DNA of 64,000 nucleotides from an uncultured Gemmatimonadaceae bacterium (GCA_963829055.1 CAWHHI010000008.1:192001-256000); one strand, 5' to 3'. Counted from the stretch's first letter, positions 19,994-31,502 are shown. Notes: generated by a model from the sequence alone, not told the origin. Made by a program: numbers and translations.

Positions 19994-22377
19994 CTCGTTG
20001 CTACGCGCGGGTCATAGCGTCGCAGTCGAAGGCTGTTCGACACGACACTCACAGAGCTGAACGCCATCGCGGCGCTCGCGAGTATGGGACTGAGCAGGAT
20101 TCCGACGACGGGGTAGAGTGCGCCCGCGGCAACAGGAATGCCCACGACGTTGTAGATGAATGCCCAGAAGAGGTTCTGCTTCATCGTGCGCATCGTTCGC
20201 CGCGAGAGCGCGATGGCGTGCGCGACGGCAGCGAGATCACCGCGCATGAGCGTTACGTCGCTGGCCTCGATCGCGATGTCGGTGCCTGACCCGACCGCAA
20301 TCCCGATATCAGCCTGCGCCAGCGCGGGAGCATCGTTTACGCCGTCACCTACCATGGCCACAACTTTCCCCGCCGACTGGAGCCGCTTTACCTCCGCGAC
20401 CTTGCCGTCGGGCAGCACGCCCGCGACGACGTCATCGATGCCAATCGCATGGGCGACAGCCGAGGCAACGCGCTCGTTGTCGCCGGTGAGCAGCACAACC
20501 TCCAGGCCCATGCGACGGAGTGAAGCAACCGCCTCACGCGAGCCCGCCTTGATCGGATCCGCGATCGCGATTGCGCCCGCGAGCGCGCCATCCACGGCGA
20601 CGAACACCACGGTCTTCGCTTCGCGCGCCAACCGGTCGGCATGGCCGGCGAGCGGCGACACGTCGATGCTCCACTCTTCCATGAGCCGCGCGTTACCGGC
20701 CGCGACGGCAGTTCCAGCCACGACGCCCGTCACGCCACGGCCGGTGTGTGACACGAATGACTCGGCGGTGCCTAACGTCGCGCCACGATCCCGCGCGGCG
20801 GCAACGATCGCGTCGGCAAGCGGATGCTCGGACTGTCGTTCGACGGTCGCGACGAGCGTCAGCACCTCGGCCTCGCTCCGACCATCCGGCGTGACGACCA
20901 CGTCCGTCACTGCAGGGCGCCCCTCCGTCACCGTTCCTGTCTTGTCGAGGACGACGGTGTCGAGCGAGCCGGCGCGCTGGAGCGCCTCTCCACCCTTGAT
21001 CAGAATACCGAGCTCCGCGCCCTTCCCCGTCGCGACCATGACCGCGGTCGGCACGGCGAGCCCCATCGCGCACGGACAGGCAATGATCAACACCGCAACC
21101 GCAGCCGCGAACGCGCGAACCGCGGGAGCCGTATCGGCGACGACGTACCAGATGGCGAACGTCGCGATCGCGAGCGAGATCACGACCGGCACAAATACCG
21201 CACTGATCCGGTCAGCGAGCCGCTGAATCGGCGCGCGGGAGCCCTGCGCCTCACGCATCAACCGAATGATCTGCGCCAATGTGCTGTCAGCGCCGAGCGT
21301 CGTCGCGCGATAGCGAAATGCGCCCGTGCGGTTGACCGTGCCGCCGATCACGCGGTCGCCGGTCTGCTTCTTCACCGGATCGGACTCGCCGGTCAGCATG
21401 GACTCGTCCACAGCGCTCGTTCCGCTCACGACCTCGCCGTCCACCGGCAGGCGCTCGCCGGGCCGCACCGTGACGACGTCACCGCGCCTAACGTCGGCGA
21501 CGGCAATGTCGACCTCGACGCCGTCACGCTCGACCCTGGCCGTCGTCGGCTGCAACGCAGCGAGGCCACGCAACGCCGTCGCCGTCTGGCGCTTGGCGCG
21601 CGCTTCGAGCGCATTGCCCACCAGAATCAGCGCAATGATGATGATCACGGCCTCGTAATACGTGTCCGGCGCAACGCCACGGTCGATGAAGAAGCGCGGC
21701 GCGACGGTCGCAAACACGGAGAACACGAACGCGGCGCCCGTGCCGACGGCGATGAGCGTATTCATGTCCGCCGAGTGGTGGCGGAAAGAGGCCCAGGCTC
21801 GCGTGTAGAAGTGACGACCGGCCCACACCATGATGCCGAGCGTCAACGCCAGAAGCGCGTAGGCGATGACCCGAGGATCTACCGCGTAGAGCCACGGCAA
21901 CGCGCCGCTGAGCACGGGCGTGAGCGACGACGACACCCACCTCATGAATGGGTCGGACGTGCCTCCCATCGCGCCGTGCACGCTGGGCGTCATGAGCGGC
22001 ATCGAGATGAGCATCGCGACGACACCCGCAACGAAGCTGACGATCGCCTTTCGCTTGAGCTCCGCATACTCCTCGGCGTAGGCGACATCCTGGGCTTCCT
22101 GCTCCTCGAGCGCGGTGCGGTCGATGGCGGGAAGGTCAGCGCCGTATCCGGTTGCGCGGATCGCGTCGATCAAGGCCTCGGGCGAGGCGGCAGCGGGATC
22201 GTACGTCACGGTCGCGGTATTCGTCATCAAGTTGACCGCCGCGTCGTGGACGCCAGGCTGGCGCGTGAGCGTGCGCTGCACGCGCGCCTGACACGCCGCG
22301 CACGTCATCCCCGAGACGGGGATGTCGATGCGCTCGTCGGACTCGTGTATCTCGTTAGGTGCAACGCGTGTTGCCAT
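19990..22377 (-). CDS. copA: Cu(I)-translocating P1B-type ATPase
   Basis: GMTCAAC, TGE, CPC, DKTGT, SEHP, GDGVND, YN and MAFSS motifs. Confidence 0.96.
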   Translation of the reverse strand: MATRVAPNEIHESDERIDIPVSGMTCAACQARVQRTLTRQPGVHDAAVNLMTNTATVTYDPAAASPEALIDAIRATGYGADLPAIDRTALEEQEAQDVAYAEEYAELKRKAIVSFVAGVVAMLISMPLMTPSVHGAMGGTSDPFMRWVSSSLTPVLSGALPWLYAVDPRVIAYALLALTLGIMVWAGRHFYTRAWASFRHHSADMNTLIAVGTGAAFVFSVFATVAPRFFIDRGVAPDTYYEAVIIIIALILVGNALEARAKRQTATALRGLAALQPTTARVERDGVEVDIAVADVRRGDVVTVRPGERLPVDGEVVSGTSAVDESMLTGESDPVKKQTGDRVIGGTVNRTGAFRYRATTLGADSTLAQIIRLMREAQGSRAPIQRLADRISAVFVPVVISLAIATFAIWYVVADTAPAVRAFAAAVAVLIIACPCAMGLAVPTAVMVATGKGAELGILIKGGEALQRAGSLDTVVLDKTGTVTEGRPAVTDVVVTPDGRSEAEVLTLVATVERQSEHPLADAIVAAARDRGATLGTAESFVSHTGRGVTGVVAGTAVAAGNARLMEEWSIDVSPLAGHADRLAREAKTVVFVAVDGALAGAIAIADPIKAGSREAVASLRRMGLEVVLLTGDNERVASAVAHAIGIDDVVAGVLPDGKVAEVKRLQSAGKVVAMVGDGVNDAPALAQADIGIAVGSGTDIAIEASDVTLMRGDLAAVAHAIALSRRTMRTMKQNLFWAFIYNVVGIPVAAGALYPVVGILLSPILASAAMAFSSVSVVSNSLRLRRYDPRVATR

Positions 22378-22410
22378 GATTCCCTTCCTCGGCTCGGCCG
22401 TCGGAGTTCG

Positions 22411-22792
22411 TCAGTGTTCGACGACGAGCGTGCCGTGCAGCATGCCCATACCGCACGTGAAGTCGAAACGGCCCGGCTGCGCGGGGCGTCAGTTCCACGA
22501 CGGTCTTCTGAAACGCGGGCAGAAATCTCCGGATGCCGAAGTCGCCGAGCACGATCTCCTCCGAGCAGCTCGACGTCTCCTGTCGGTCGAACACCAGGCG
22601 AAGCGGCATTCCTTCTTTCGCGTGAATCACGGCGGGTGTGTAGCCACCCTTCACCGTGATCGCGACTTCCTGCACGCCACCGCTCGTCGTGACAGCGCTG
22701 GCGGACGCCCGCTCCGCGGCGAAGAAGTACCAGTTGACCCAGCCAATCGCGACGACCGCTCCGGCAATGACCAGCCAATCGTTCATCGACAT
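22411..22792 (-). CDS. Membrane-anchored cupredoxin (CupA-like); frameshift near 22485
   Basis: TM helix, VKGGYTP, SSCSEE, then GRFDFTCGMGMLHGTLVVEH* in the alternate frame. Confidence 0.88.
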
Positions 22793-22802
22793 TTGACGAT
22801 CC

Positions 22803-23012
22803 TCAGGTCTTCGCCTGTGCGCTGTACCCAGCGTCCTCGACGGCGAGCACGATCTGCTCGGGCGAGATCTGGTCGGGCTGATAACTCACCTGTGCAGCGC
22901 CGACCGCAACGTGCTCGACGTTGACGCCAGGCAGCTCGCGAAGGGCCTGCGAGACGGCCGACACGCAGTGGCTGCATGACATGCCGTCGATTTCAAGCTC
23001 GAGATTGTTCAT
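22803..23012 (-). CDS. copZ: Copper chaperone CopZ (HMA domain)
   Basis: IDGMSCSHCV...AVEDAGY; GGAGA RBS. Confidence 0.93.
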   Translation of the reverse strand: MNNLELEIDGMSCSHCVSAVSQALRELPGVNVEHVAVGAAQVSYQPDQISPEQIVLAVEDAGYSAQAKT

Positions 23013-23044
23013 GGTCTCCGTCGCTCCAATGGCTTCTGGGGTGT

Positions 23045-23073
23045 AAACTAGATACCCCCCACCCCTATGTCAA
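23045..23073 (-). promoter_or_regulatory. Sigma70 promoter of the cop operon with a CsoR/RcnR-type G-tract operator in the spacer
   Basis: Minus strand reads TTGACA-N17-TAGTTT; the spacer region reads ATAGGGGTGGGGGGTAT. Confidence 0.8.
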
Positions 23074-23219
23074 CCCGGACCGCCTGATCGGTCGGACGGC
23101 CCATCCCCGCACGCTTGCATCGGGCGTTCCCGCCGTCTTGCTTCCGCAGTGTGACCGCGCGTGGAGCCGACGGCAGGCCCCGTCGATCACGCACCGACCC
23201 ACCCAGTGAGGATGGCTTC

Positions 23220-24626
23220 GTGAGTCCACATCGACTGTCCGGCGTCGACCGCGACAGGCTGCCGATCGGTCGTCTTCGCGGCCTCATCGCGGCTCTCATG
23301 ATCGTCGTGCCGGCCGCGGCAATGGCCCAGACCGTACCGGCGCTCGCACACGAGAAGTACACGCTGCCTAACGGGCTCGAGGTGATCCTCGCGGAGGATC
23401 ACTCGGTGCCGGTAGTAGCCGTGAACACGTGGTTCAAAGTCGGATCGGGCGACGAGCAGGTCGGCCGCACCGGGTTCGCCCACCTGTTCGAGCACATCAT
23501 GTTCATGGGCTCGGAGAACGTGCCGGTCGGCAAGTTCGATCAGTGGCTCGAAGCCGCGGGAGCGAACAACAACGGCTCGACCAATTCCGATCGGACGAAC
23601 TACTACGAGTGGCTGCCGTCCAATGCCCTGCCGCTCGCGCTCTGGCTCGACGCCGATCGCATGGGGCGGCTCCTGCCGACGATGGACCTCGCGAAGGTCG
23701 ACGTGCAGCGCGACGTGGTGAAGAACGAGCGCCGCCAGAGCTACGACAACGTGCCGTATGGTCGAGCCTACGAGACGATCCTCGCGGCGCTGTATCCGCC
23801 GACGCATCCGTACTCGCATTCGACCATCGGCTCGATGACCGACCTCAGCGCGGCATCGCTCGAGGACGTGAAGAATTTCTTCCGTATCTACTACGCGCCT
23901 AACAACGCCACGCTGTCCATTGTGGGCGACTTCCAGCGCGACTCCGTGAAGAAGCTCGTGCAACAATACTTCGGCGGAATTCCGCGTGGCCCTGCTCTCC
24001 CGCCACGCCCGCAGATCACGTCGCAGCCGGTCCCGCGCGACACGTTCCTCGTGCTCGAGGACAAGGTCCAGCTCCCGCGACTGTACTACGCGTGGCGGGC
24101 CGTGAAAGCGTTCCACGAGGACGACGCGCCGCTCGACGTCGTTGCGTACGTGCTCGCGGGTGACAAGAACTCGCGTCTCTACAAACGTCTCGTGTACGAC
24201 ATGCAGGTCGCGCAGGATGTGAGCGCGTTCAACAACAGTCAGCGCCTCGACGGCGGGTTCCAGATCGTCGTCACGCCCAAGCCGGGTCACACGCCCGCCG
24301 AGATGGCCAAGCTCGTGAACGAGGAGCTGCAAAAGCTCCTGGCCAACGGCGTCACGGAGCGAGAGCTCGCGCGCGCGCAGAACACGACCCGTGCGCAATT
24401 CCTCGATCGCATCGCGAGCACTCTCGGGAAGGCAGATCAGCTCAACTACTACAACTACTTCGTCGGCGACCCCGATTACGCCCGCCAGGATGCCGCGCGC
24501 TACGACAAGGTGACGCTCGCCGATGTGAAGCGAGTGGCTGCGTCGTACCTGGGCAAGCCGCGAGTCACACTCACCGTCGTCCCCGAGGGGAAGCGCGACC
24601 TCATGGTGACGGGAGTGATCCAGTGA
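23220..24626 (+). CDS. M16 zinc peptidase, catalytic subunit
   Basis: GAGGA RBS and GTG at 23220; GFAHLFEHIMF (HxxEH); VKNERR. Confidence 0.92.
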   Translation: MSPHRLSGVDRDRLPIGRLRGLIAALMIVVPAAAMAQTVPALAHEKYTLPNGLEVILAEDHSVPVVAVNTWFKVGSGDEQVGRTGFAHLFEHIMFMGSENVPVGKFDQWLEAAGANNNGSTNSDRTNYYEWLPSNALPLALWLDADRMGRLLPTMDLAKVDVQRDVVKNERRQSYDNVPYGRAYETILAALYPPTHPYSHSTIGSMTDLSAASLEDVKNFFRIYYAPNNATLSIVGDFQRDSVKKLVQQYFGGIPRGPALPPRPQITSQPVPRDTFLVLEDKVQLPRLYYAWRAVKAFHEDDAPLDVVAYVLAGDKNSRLYKRLVYDMQVAQDVSAFNNSQRLDGGFQIVVTPKPGHTPAEMAKLVNEELQKLLANGVTERELARAQNTTRAQFLDRIASTLGKADQLNYYNYFVGDPDYARQDAARYDKVTLADVKRVAASYLGKPRVTLTVVPEGKRDLMVTGVIQ

Positions 24627-26153
24627 TGCGCCACCAATTGCTCGGCTCACCGATCTCGCGAGCACTCGCGTGTGCGCTGTTGACGGTCGGCGCCGCCTGT
24701 TCGCAGCGTCGAACCACGCCTCCGACGACGACGCCCACTCCGGCACCCGCCACCGCGGCACCAGCAACCGCGGCACCAGCAACCGCGGCGGTCGACCTGA
24801 CGAAACCGCCGGTGCTCGGACCGCCAAAGGCACTGTCGCTACCCGCGGTCGTGACGCGGGAGCTGCCGAACGGCCTGCAACTCATGGTCGTCGAGCAGCA
24901 CGAGCTGCCGCTCGCGGATTTCGTGCTCGTCGTGAAGAGCGGAGCCGAGACGGATGAGGTCAGCAAGCTCGGGACGGCGACGCTCGCGACGTCTCTCCTC
25001 AAGGAAGGCACCACGTCTCGCAATTCGCTTCAGATCGCCGACCAGGAAGCGTTCCTGGGCGTCGACATCTCCACGGGGAGCGGGTGGGATGCGACGACGC
25101 TGCAACTCCACACGCCGACGGCGCAGATGGACAGCGCGCTCGCGCTGTTCGCGGACATCGCGCTTGCGTCCCGCGTTTCCGGCGAACGAGCTCGAACGCC
25201 TGCGCAAGAACCGCCTAACGAGCCTGCTGCAGGTGAAGGACCGCGGGCCGGAGATGGCCAATCGCGCCTACGCGGCAATCGTCTTCGGCTCGGCGGCGTA
25301 CGGACGGCCGTCGACGGGCAATGAGGCGACCACGAACGCGATCCAGCAGAGCGACATCCGCCGCTTCTACGAGACGTACTTCCGGCCCAACAACGCGACG
25401 TTGGTCGTGGTGGGCGACGTGAAGCCCGACGACATCGAGCGCCGCGTACGCGCGCTGTTCGGCGGCTGGGAGCGTCGTGCCGTGCCAGCCGCCACGTATG
25501 GTCAACCGGCGCCGGCCAAGGCGACGACGATCTACGTCGTGGACAAGCCCGGCGCGGCGCAGTCCTCATTCCGCATCGGCAGCGTAGGCGTCGCGCGCAA
25601 CACTGCGGATTACTTCCCGCTCACAGTGATGAACACCGTGTTAGGCGGGTCGTTCACCAGCCGCCTCAACCAGAACCTTCGCGAGACCAAGGCCTACACG
25701 TACGGCGCGAGCTCGGGCTTCGGCATGCGTCGCGCGCCAGGGCCGTTCATCGCGAGCGCCGAGGTCGTTGCGGCAAAGACGGACTCGGCGCTGCTCGAGT
25801 TCATGAAGGAGTTGCGCGCGATTCGCGATACGGTGCCTCGCGATGAGCTCGAGAAAACGAAGCGGTACCTGCAGCTTCAGCTACCGGGCAGTTTCGAGAC
25901 CACCGGCGGGATCGCAGGTCAGCTCGCGCAACTCGTGCCGTACGACGTGCCGCCGAGTTTCTACAACGACTACACGCAAGGGATTGCGACAGTGACGCAG
26001 GCGGACGTGCAGCGGGTCGCGCGTCAGTACATCGATCCGGACAAGCTCTCGATCGTCATCGTCGGCGATCGGAAGTCGATCGAGCCGGGACTCAAGTCGA
26101 CGAAGGTGGGTGATGTCGTCATCGTAGACATCACCGGACGGCCAGCGATGTAA
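24626..26153 (+). CDS. M16 peptidase, non-catalytic partner subunit (lipoprotein); frameshift near 25165
   Basis: Lipobox GAAC, Pro/Thr/Ala linker, LPNGL, LGGSFTSRLNQNLRETKAYTYG; lacks HxxEH. Confidence 0.88.
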
Positions 26154-26183
26154 CCCGTTCGCGTGATGCGCACTTCAGGTACG

Positions 26184-26444
26184 TCAGGTATTCAGCCCCG
26201 CGGCACGCAGGGTCTCCATCACGCGGCGGCGCAGCGTTTCGGGCGCGCGGGCCTCGCTCTCTTTCGCCGACGAAAGCGCGGCGAGAAAGACGCGGGCATA
26301 GTCGTGATGCGGGAGACAACTCCCACAGCGCTCGAGGTGTCGGCGTACGTCGCCCATGCGTTCGGGCGTCAGCTCGTCGTCGAGGTAGTCCCAGAGCTTC
26401 TGGACTGCGGTGCGGCAGTCGATTTCGTCATTGCAGTCAGTCAT
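26184..26444 (-). CDS. Zinc-binding (ZAS, zf-HC2) anti-sigma factor
   Basis: CRTAVQKLWDYLDDEL...HLERCGSC; overlaps the sigma stop codon. Confidence 0.88.
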   Translation of the reverse strand: MTDCNDEIDCRTAVQKLWDYLDDELTPERMGDVRRHLERCGSCLPHHDYARVFLAALSSAKESEARAPETLRRRVMETLRAAGLNT

Positions 26445-27174
26445 CCTTCGTTCCGCGTTGGCCGCGTTGGGCGGTCGTGAAGCCGGCATCGCGCGCGTAA
26501 GTAATGAGTTTGTCCTGGAGTATCCGCCGACCGCGGAAGAGGCGGGAGCGGACGGTTCCTATGGGTACACCGAGAATTTGTGCGGCCGCCTCGTACGACT
26601 GGTCTTCGAGGTCCACGAGCAACACCGCCGACTTGAATGGCTCATCCAACTCATCGAGCGCCCGACGGAGCGCTGGCGCGAGGTCGATTCGCGAAAGAAT
26701 CTGATCGCTGCCATCACGCACCATCTGGCCGTGGGTCGCGAATGTCGTCAGTGCCTCGACGTCGCCGTCCTCGATGTCCACGTGCCGACGTTCACGCTCA
26801 CGCGATCTCAGGAAGACGTTTCGCGTGATCGTGAACAGCCATCGCCGCGCGTCGCTTCCAGGCTGGAATGTGTGCCAGGAGCGATACGCGCGAAGAAAGG
26901 TTTCCTGGACGATATCATCCGCATCCGACGCGTCGCGTGTGAGCGACAGCGCAAACCGGTAGACGTCGTCGATGAACGGAAGAGCTTCGGATTCGAACCG
27001 AACGTCCTCCTCACGCGTGGTGCTGGGCGAGACGGACGTTTCCGGCACTAACCGTTCTGACGCTTCCTTGGTTCCCACGTCGGCGTCCGAGGGTGGCCGC
27101 CCAGGGGCCCCGTCGCCACCGGGCACCTCTTCAGCCCCTCCCGCCGACGTGCTCGACCGCGTATCAATTGCCAT
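26437..27174 (-). CDS. ECF sigma-70 factor (SigR/SigH-like); true start may be 27048
   Basis: DADDIVQETFLRAYRSW, WLFTITRN, SYEAAAQILGVPIGTVRSRLFRGR. Confidence 0.92.
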   Translation of the reverse strand: MAIDTRSSTSAGGAEEVPGGDGAPGRPPSDADVGTKEASERLVPETSVSPSTTREEDVRFESEALPFIDDVYRFALSLTRDASDADDIVQETFLRAYRSWHTFQPGSDARRWLFTITRNVFLRSRERERRHVDIEDGDVEALTTFATHGQMVRDGSDQILSRIDLAPALRRALDELDEPFKSAVLLVDLEDQSYEAAAQILGVPIGTVRSRLFRGRRILQDKLITYARDAGFTTAQRGQRGTKDD

Positions 27175-27243
27175 CGTCCGCCCTTCGTCCGGAGTGATCG
27201 ACTGATCCTCGCCTCGCCTACTCTAATCGCCGCGGTCGCATCC

Positions 27244-30087
27244 GTGGTCGCCACCGGCGCGGTGCTCGCTCTCATAGTAGAGCACGCGCGGCGTCGCGGC
27301 GCTACGCGCGGGCTGGAGCTTCGCGACGGGACGATCGACAGACTCAACGGCGACGTCGTCGCGCTGCGATCGATGCTGCAGGATTATACCCACCAGCGCG
27401 AGGCCGCGGAGGAAGTGTTACGACACGGCGAGGAGCGCTACCGGGTCCTCGTCGACAATCTGACGACGATCGTGTTCCAGATCGACCGCGACCTGCGCTG
27501 GACCTTTCTGAATCCGGCGTGGGAGACCGTCACGGGCCGATCCCCAGCGGAAAGCATCGGCCAGGTGGCAACGGCACTCATGGTCGACGAGGACGCGTCG
27601 GAGTGCGCTACGGAGCTCCGCGCCCTGATCGACGGCCAACGTTCGCTCGCCGAGCACGTGGTTCGCGTGCGGTGCGTCGCTGGCCAGATGCACTGGCTCG
27701 AGCTCCGCGCGTTGCCGATGGTCGATACCCACGGCGTGATCGTTGGTGTCAGCGGCACGCTGAGCGATGTCACCGCTCGGGTATCCGTCGAGCTCGAGCT
27801 ACGCCGTCAACAGACGCTCTACCGCCTCATCGCAGAGAACTCGAGCGATATGATCGCGCTCATTTCTCTGCATGGCGGCCAGTTCACGTATGTCAGCCCG
27901 TCGACGCAACACGTCCTGGGATACACCGCGGAAGAAGTCGTCGGCATGGAGTGGTGGACGCTGCTCGATCCGGCGGACGGCGAACGCATCAAGCGTACGG
28001 TGACGACCATCCGAGACCAGAAGCCGCTCACGGAAACGGCTCGCGTGCGGCGGAAGGATGGCACCTGGGTGTGGCTGGAAGCGCGTGTCGACGCGGTACT
28101 CGAGGAGGACGGGACGGTCGTCGGCTACCGAATAACAGCCCGGGATTACACCGAGCAACGCGACGCCGGACTCGCCCTCACCGAAAGTGAGGCCAAGTAT
28201 CGCCTGTTGGCCGAGTCGATCGATGACATCGTGTGCCTGCAGGATCTGGACGGCACGGCGCTGTACTACTCGGCGTCCACCGAGAAAACGCTCGGCTTCA
28301 CGCCCGCTGAGCTGGTCGGCAAGGATGCGTTCGCGCTCACGCACCCCGACGACCTGGCCAAGCTCGCCGGCGATACGTACCTCGCCGTGCTGCGGGGGGA
28401 AACACCGTTGGTCGAGTGGCGTTGTCTCCGGAAAGACGGCTCGTACATCTGGGTCGAGACCCACACCGCACTGCTTCGCAACGAGTCAGGCGTGCCGGAC
28501 CGCCTGCTCAGCGTCACTCGTGACATTGAGGCGCGGAAGCACGCGCAGGAAGCGCTGCATCAGTCCGAGGAACGAATGCGCGCGCTCATTGCGCGCGCCG
28601 CCTACGGGATCTTCCGTTCGACGCGAGAGGGTCGCTTCCTCGACGTGAACCCGGCGCTCGTCTCGTTACTCGGCTACGACTCGGCTGAGCAGTTGATGTC
28701 GATCGACATCCCGCGTGAGCTTTACGTCGACCCAGAAGAGCGCGATCGCTGGATCACCGCAATCGATAGCGGCGCGCATCCGGAGTGGTTCGACCTAACG
28801 TGGCGACGAAAGGACGGTGCTCTGATCGCCGTTCGTCTGTCCGCGCGTGCGGCACGCGACCCGTACGGCGACGTGTTGTGGTACGAAGGCATCGCGGAGA
28901 ACGTCACGGAGCGGCTCCGCCGCGAGGTGGTCGTCCGCCGCGCGGAGCGGATGGCGAGCCTCGGGCATACGTTGGCCGGCGTGGCGCACGAGTTGAACAA
29001 CCCGCTGGCGGCGATCTCCGGCTTCGCGCAGATCCTGATGAAGACGAATCTTCCGAAGGAGGATCGCAGCGCCATCGAGACGGTCCATCGCGAAGCGAAG
29101 CGCGCGGCGAAGATCGTCAAGGACCTGCTGACGTTCGCGCGGCGCCAGGAATCGTCGGAGCGGCACATCGTCGACCTCAACGGCATCGTGCGCTACATCG
29201 CCGACACGCAGCGCTACGCGATGGAAACGCACGGTGTAGTCTGCCAGCTCGCGCTGAGCGACGCGCCGGCATTTGTCTCCGCGGATCCGGCGCAGCTCGA
29301 GCAGGTCATGCTCAACCTCCTCGTGAATGCTCGTCAGGCGCTGGAGACGATAACTGCACCGACTGTGTCCGGCGGTGTCGCGTCAGGCACGCTCCGGACT
29401 CCGATGGTCGTCATTCGAACGTCGGTTCGTGCGAACACGGTGACGCTCGAAATCAGCGACAATGGCCCGGGTATCGCACCGGCGGAGCTACCGCGCATCT
29501 GGGATCCGTTCTGGACGACGAAAGAAGAAGGCGAAGGCACAGGCCTCGGGCTATCTGTCGTACACGGCATCGTCACCGAACACGGCGGCAGCATCGACGT
29601 CGAGACGCATGTCGGTGCGGGAACGACGTTCTGTGTGTCATTGCCCTCGTTCAACCGCGACAGCAGCGACGGCCGCCTGGCGGTGGAGACGGTTCCGCTT
29701 GGTCCACCATCGCAGCATGCGGAGCGGCCACTGGACATTCTCGTCATCGACGATGAGGAAGTGATCGTTGGCCTGTTGGTGCGCTATTTCTCCTCACGAG
29801 GACACGCGGTGGTTCCCGCGCACGAAGGGCGTCAGGCGCTCCGCGTCGCGCAGCACTCGAGCTTCGACGTGGTGATCTGCGATCTACGAATGCCGGGCAT
29901 GGATGGCGCAGAGGTGATCCGGCGACTCAAGGAAATACCGACGTGCTCGAGTGCGCGGTTCGTGCTATCGACGGGTGATACCGCGACGCCCGTGGTGCGC
30001 GAACGCATCGAGGGGTTGAATCTGGCCGCCGTCGTGGAAAAGCCGTACGAGGTCGAAGCGTTGCGACGCATCGTCGAAGATGGGTGA
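27244..30087 (+). CDS. Hybrid sensor histidine kinase: TM, 4 PAS/PAC, HisKA, HATPase, receiver (start possibly 27194)
   Basis: Four PAS blocks; AGVAHELNNPL; NLLVNA; DNGPG; GTGLGL; DVVICDLRMPGMDG. Confidence 0.93.
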   Translation: MVATGAVLALIVEHARRRGATRGLELRDGTIDRLNGDVVALRSMLQDYTHQREAAEEVLRHGEERYRVLVDNLTTIVFQIDRDLRWTFLNPAWETVTGRSPAESIGQVATALMVDEDASECATELRALIDGQRSLAEHVVRVRCVAGQMHWLELRALPMVDTHGVIVGVSGTLSDVTARVSVELELRRQQTLYRLIAENSSDMIALISLHGGQFTYVSPSTQHVLGYTAEEVVGMEWWTLLDPADGERIKRTVTTIRDQKPLTETARVRRKDGTWVWLEARVDAVLEEDGTVVGYRITARDYTEQRDAGLALTESEAKYRLLAESIDDIVCLQDLDGTALYYSASTEKTLGFTPAELVGKDAFALTHPDDLAKLAGDTYLAVLRGETPLVEWRCLRKDGSYIWVETHTALLRNESGVPDRLLSVTRDIEARKHAQEALHQSEERMRALIARAAYGIFRSTREGRFLDVNPALVSLLGYDSAEQLMSIDIPRELYVDPEERDRWITAIDSGAHPEWFDLTWRRKDGALIAVRLSARAARDPYGDVLWYEGIAENVTERLRREVVVRRAERMASLGHTLAGVAHELNNPLAAISGFAQILMKTNLPKEDRSAIETVHREAKRAAKIVKDLLTFARRQESSERHIVDLNGIVRYIADTQRYAMETHGVVCQLALSDAPAFVSADPAQLEQVMLNLLVNARQALETITAPTVSGGVASGTLRTPMVVIRTSVRANTVTLEISDNGPGIAPAELPRIWDPFWTTKEEGEGTGLGLSVVHGIVTEHGGSIDVETHVGAGTTFCVSLPSFNRDSSDGRLAVETVPLGPPSQHAERPLDILVIDDEEVIVGLLVRYFSSRGHAVVPAHEGRQALRVAQHSSFDVVICDLRMPGMDGAEVIRRLKEIPTCSSARFVLSTGDTATPVVRERIEGLNLAAVVEKPYEVEALRRIVEDG

Positions 30088-30848
30088 GACATCGTCCGCG
30101 GCCGCCGAGTCGGTCGACCGCGCGCGGTCGTTGCTACGGCGCGCGAGGCGAGTGGTAGCCCTCACGGGTGCGGGCGTGAGCGCCGAGTCCGGAGTGCCCA
30201 CATTTCGAGGCCAGGGTGGTCTGTGGCGTCAGTATCGTGCGGAGGACCTCGCTACTCCGGAGGCCTTCGCGCACGACCCGCGACTCGTGTGGGAGTGGTA
30301 CGGATGGCGCCGCAGCGTCGTATCCGGCTGCGCACCTAACGCCGCACATGCTGCGCTCGCCAGCGCGGCGGCCGCACACGACGACTTCCGGATCGTCACG
30401 CAGAACGTGGACGGCCTGCACGTCCAGGCGGCGCAGCGACGTTCGGGCCATGCCACTCGAGCTGCACGGCTCGCTGTACCGATCCCGCTGTACGCGCTGC
30501 GATCACCGCTGGGATGATCGCGGCACCATTGATGCAACTTCACGCGAGACACTCCCACGGTGCGCCGCCTGCGGCATGCTCGCTCGGCCGGACATTGTGT
30601 GGTTCGGCGAGGCGCTCGATCCGTCGGTTCTCGGCGAGGCGATGCGCCTCGCCGAGAATGCCGAAGTGTGCCTCGTGATCGGCACGAGCGCGCTCGTCCA
30701 TCCAGCCGCCGGTCTCGCCGATCTCACGCGTCGTCATGGTGGCAGCGTGATCGAGATCAACGTCGCCGATACGCCGCTCACACCAACAGCCACTGTGTCA
30801 CTCCGCGGGCCCGCTGCCGCGATCGTGCCCGATCTCCTCGCCTCCTAG
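30080..30848 (+). CDS. cobB: NAD-dependent protein deacylase (class III sirtuin); frameshift near 30440
   Basis: TGAGVSAESGVPTFRG, WYGWRR, TQNVDGLH, ELHGS, CxxC/CxxC, RPDIVWFGE, GTS. Confidence 0.92.
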
Positions 30849-30857
30849 ACGCAGCCC

Positions 30858-31502
30858 ATGGGCATCCTGGATCTCGCCGCGATCCGTAAGGACTACGCGC
30901 TCTCGTCACTGACGGAGCGCGATGTCGATGCGGACCCGATCCGACAGTTCGAGCGGTGGTTCGCCGATGCGCTATCCGCGCAGGTGCTCGAGCCTAACGC
31001 CATGACGCTCGCCACCGCCACGCGCGACGGATCTCCCTCGGCGCGCATTGTCCTGCTCAAGGGCGTGGACGCCCATGGCTTCACGTTCTTCACGGACTAC
31101 CGAAGTCGAAAGGGCGCCGAGCTGACGGAGAACCCGCTCGCGGCGCTCACCTTTCTCTGGAAGGAGATCGAGCGTCAGGTGCGCATCGCGGGTGCCGTGT
31201 CACGCGTGAGCAGCGCCGAGTCCGAGGCGTATTTCCGTTCACGCCCGCCGGGCAGCCGACTGGGCGCGTGGGCATCGCATCAGAGCGCCGTCATCGCCAG
31301 CCGTGAAGCGCTCGAGGAGCGTCTTCGCGACGTGACGCGGCAGTTCCCGACCGATGACATTCCGCTACCGCCGCACTGGGGCGGGTTCCGTGTCGTTCCA
31401 GACGAGATCGAGTTCTGGCAGGGACGTCCGAGCCGGCTGCACGATCGGCTGCGGTATCATCGCGAGCCAAGCGGGTGGCGGATAGAGAGGCTGTCGCCGT
31501 GA
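30858..31502 (+). CDS. pdxH: Pyridoxamine 5'-phosphate oxidase
   Basis: [38 protein letters not shown]. Confidence 0.96.
   Translation: MGILDLAAIRKDYALSSLTERDVDADPIRQFERWFADALSAQVLEPNAMTLATATRDGSPSARIVLLKGVDAHGFTFFTDYRSRKGAELTENPLAALTFLWKEIERQVRIAGAVSRVSSAESEAYFRSRPPGSRLGAWASHQSAVIASREALEERLRDVTRQFPTDDIPLPPHWGGFRVVPDEIEFWQGRPSRLHDRLRYHREPSGWRIERLSP

Noticed and set aside
24741..24790. 15-bp tandem repeat ACCGCGGCACCAGCA
   Set aside because: Encodes an ordinary ATAAP linker after the lipoprotein anchor.
20824..24833. Long antisense ORFs (20824-22659 +, 23187-24833 -, and similar ones elsewhere)
   Set aside because: Shadow frames of real high-GC genes (copA, M16 peptidase); Arg-rich with no recognisable motifs.
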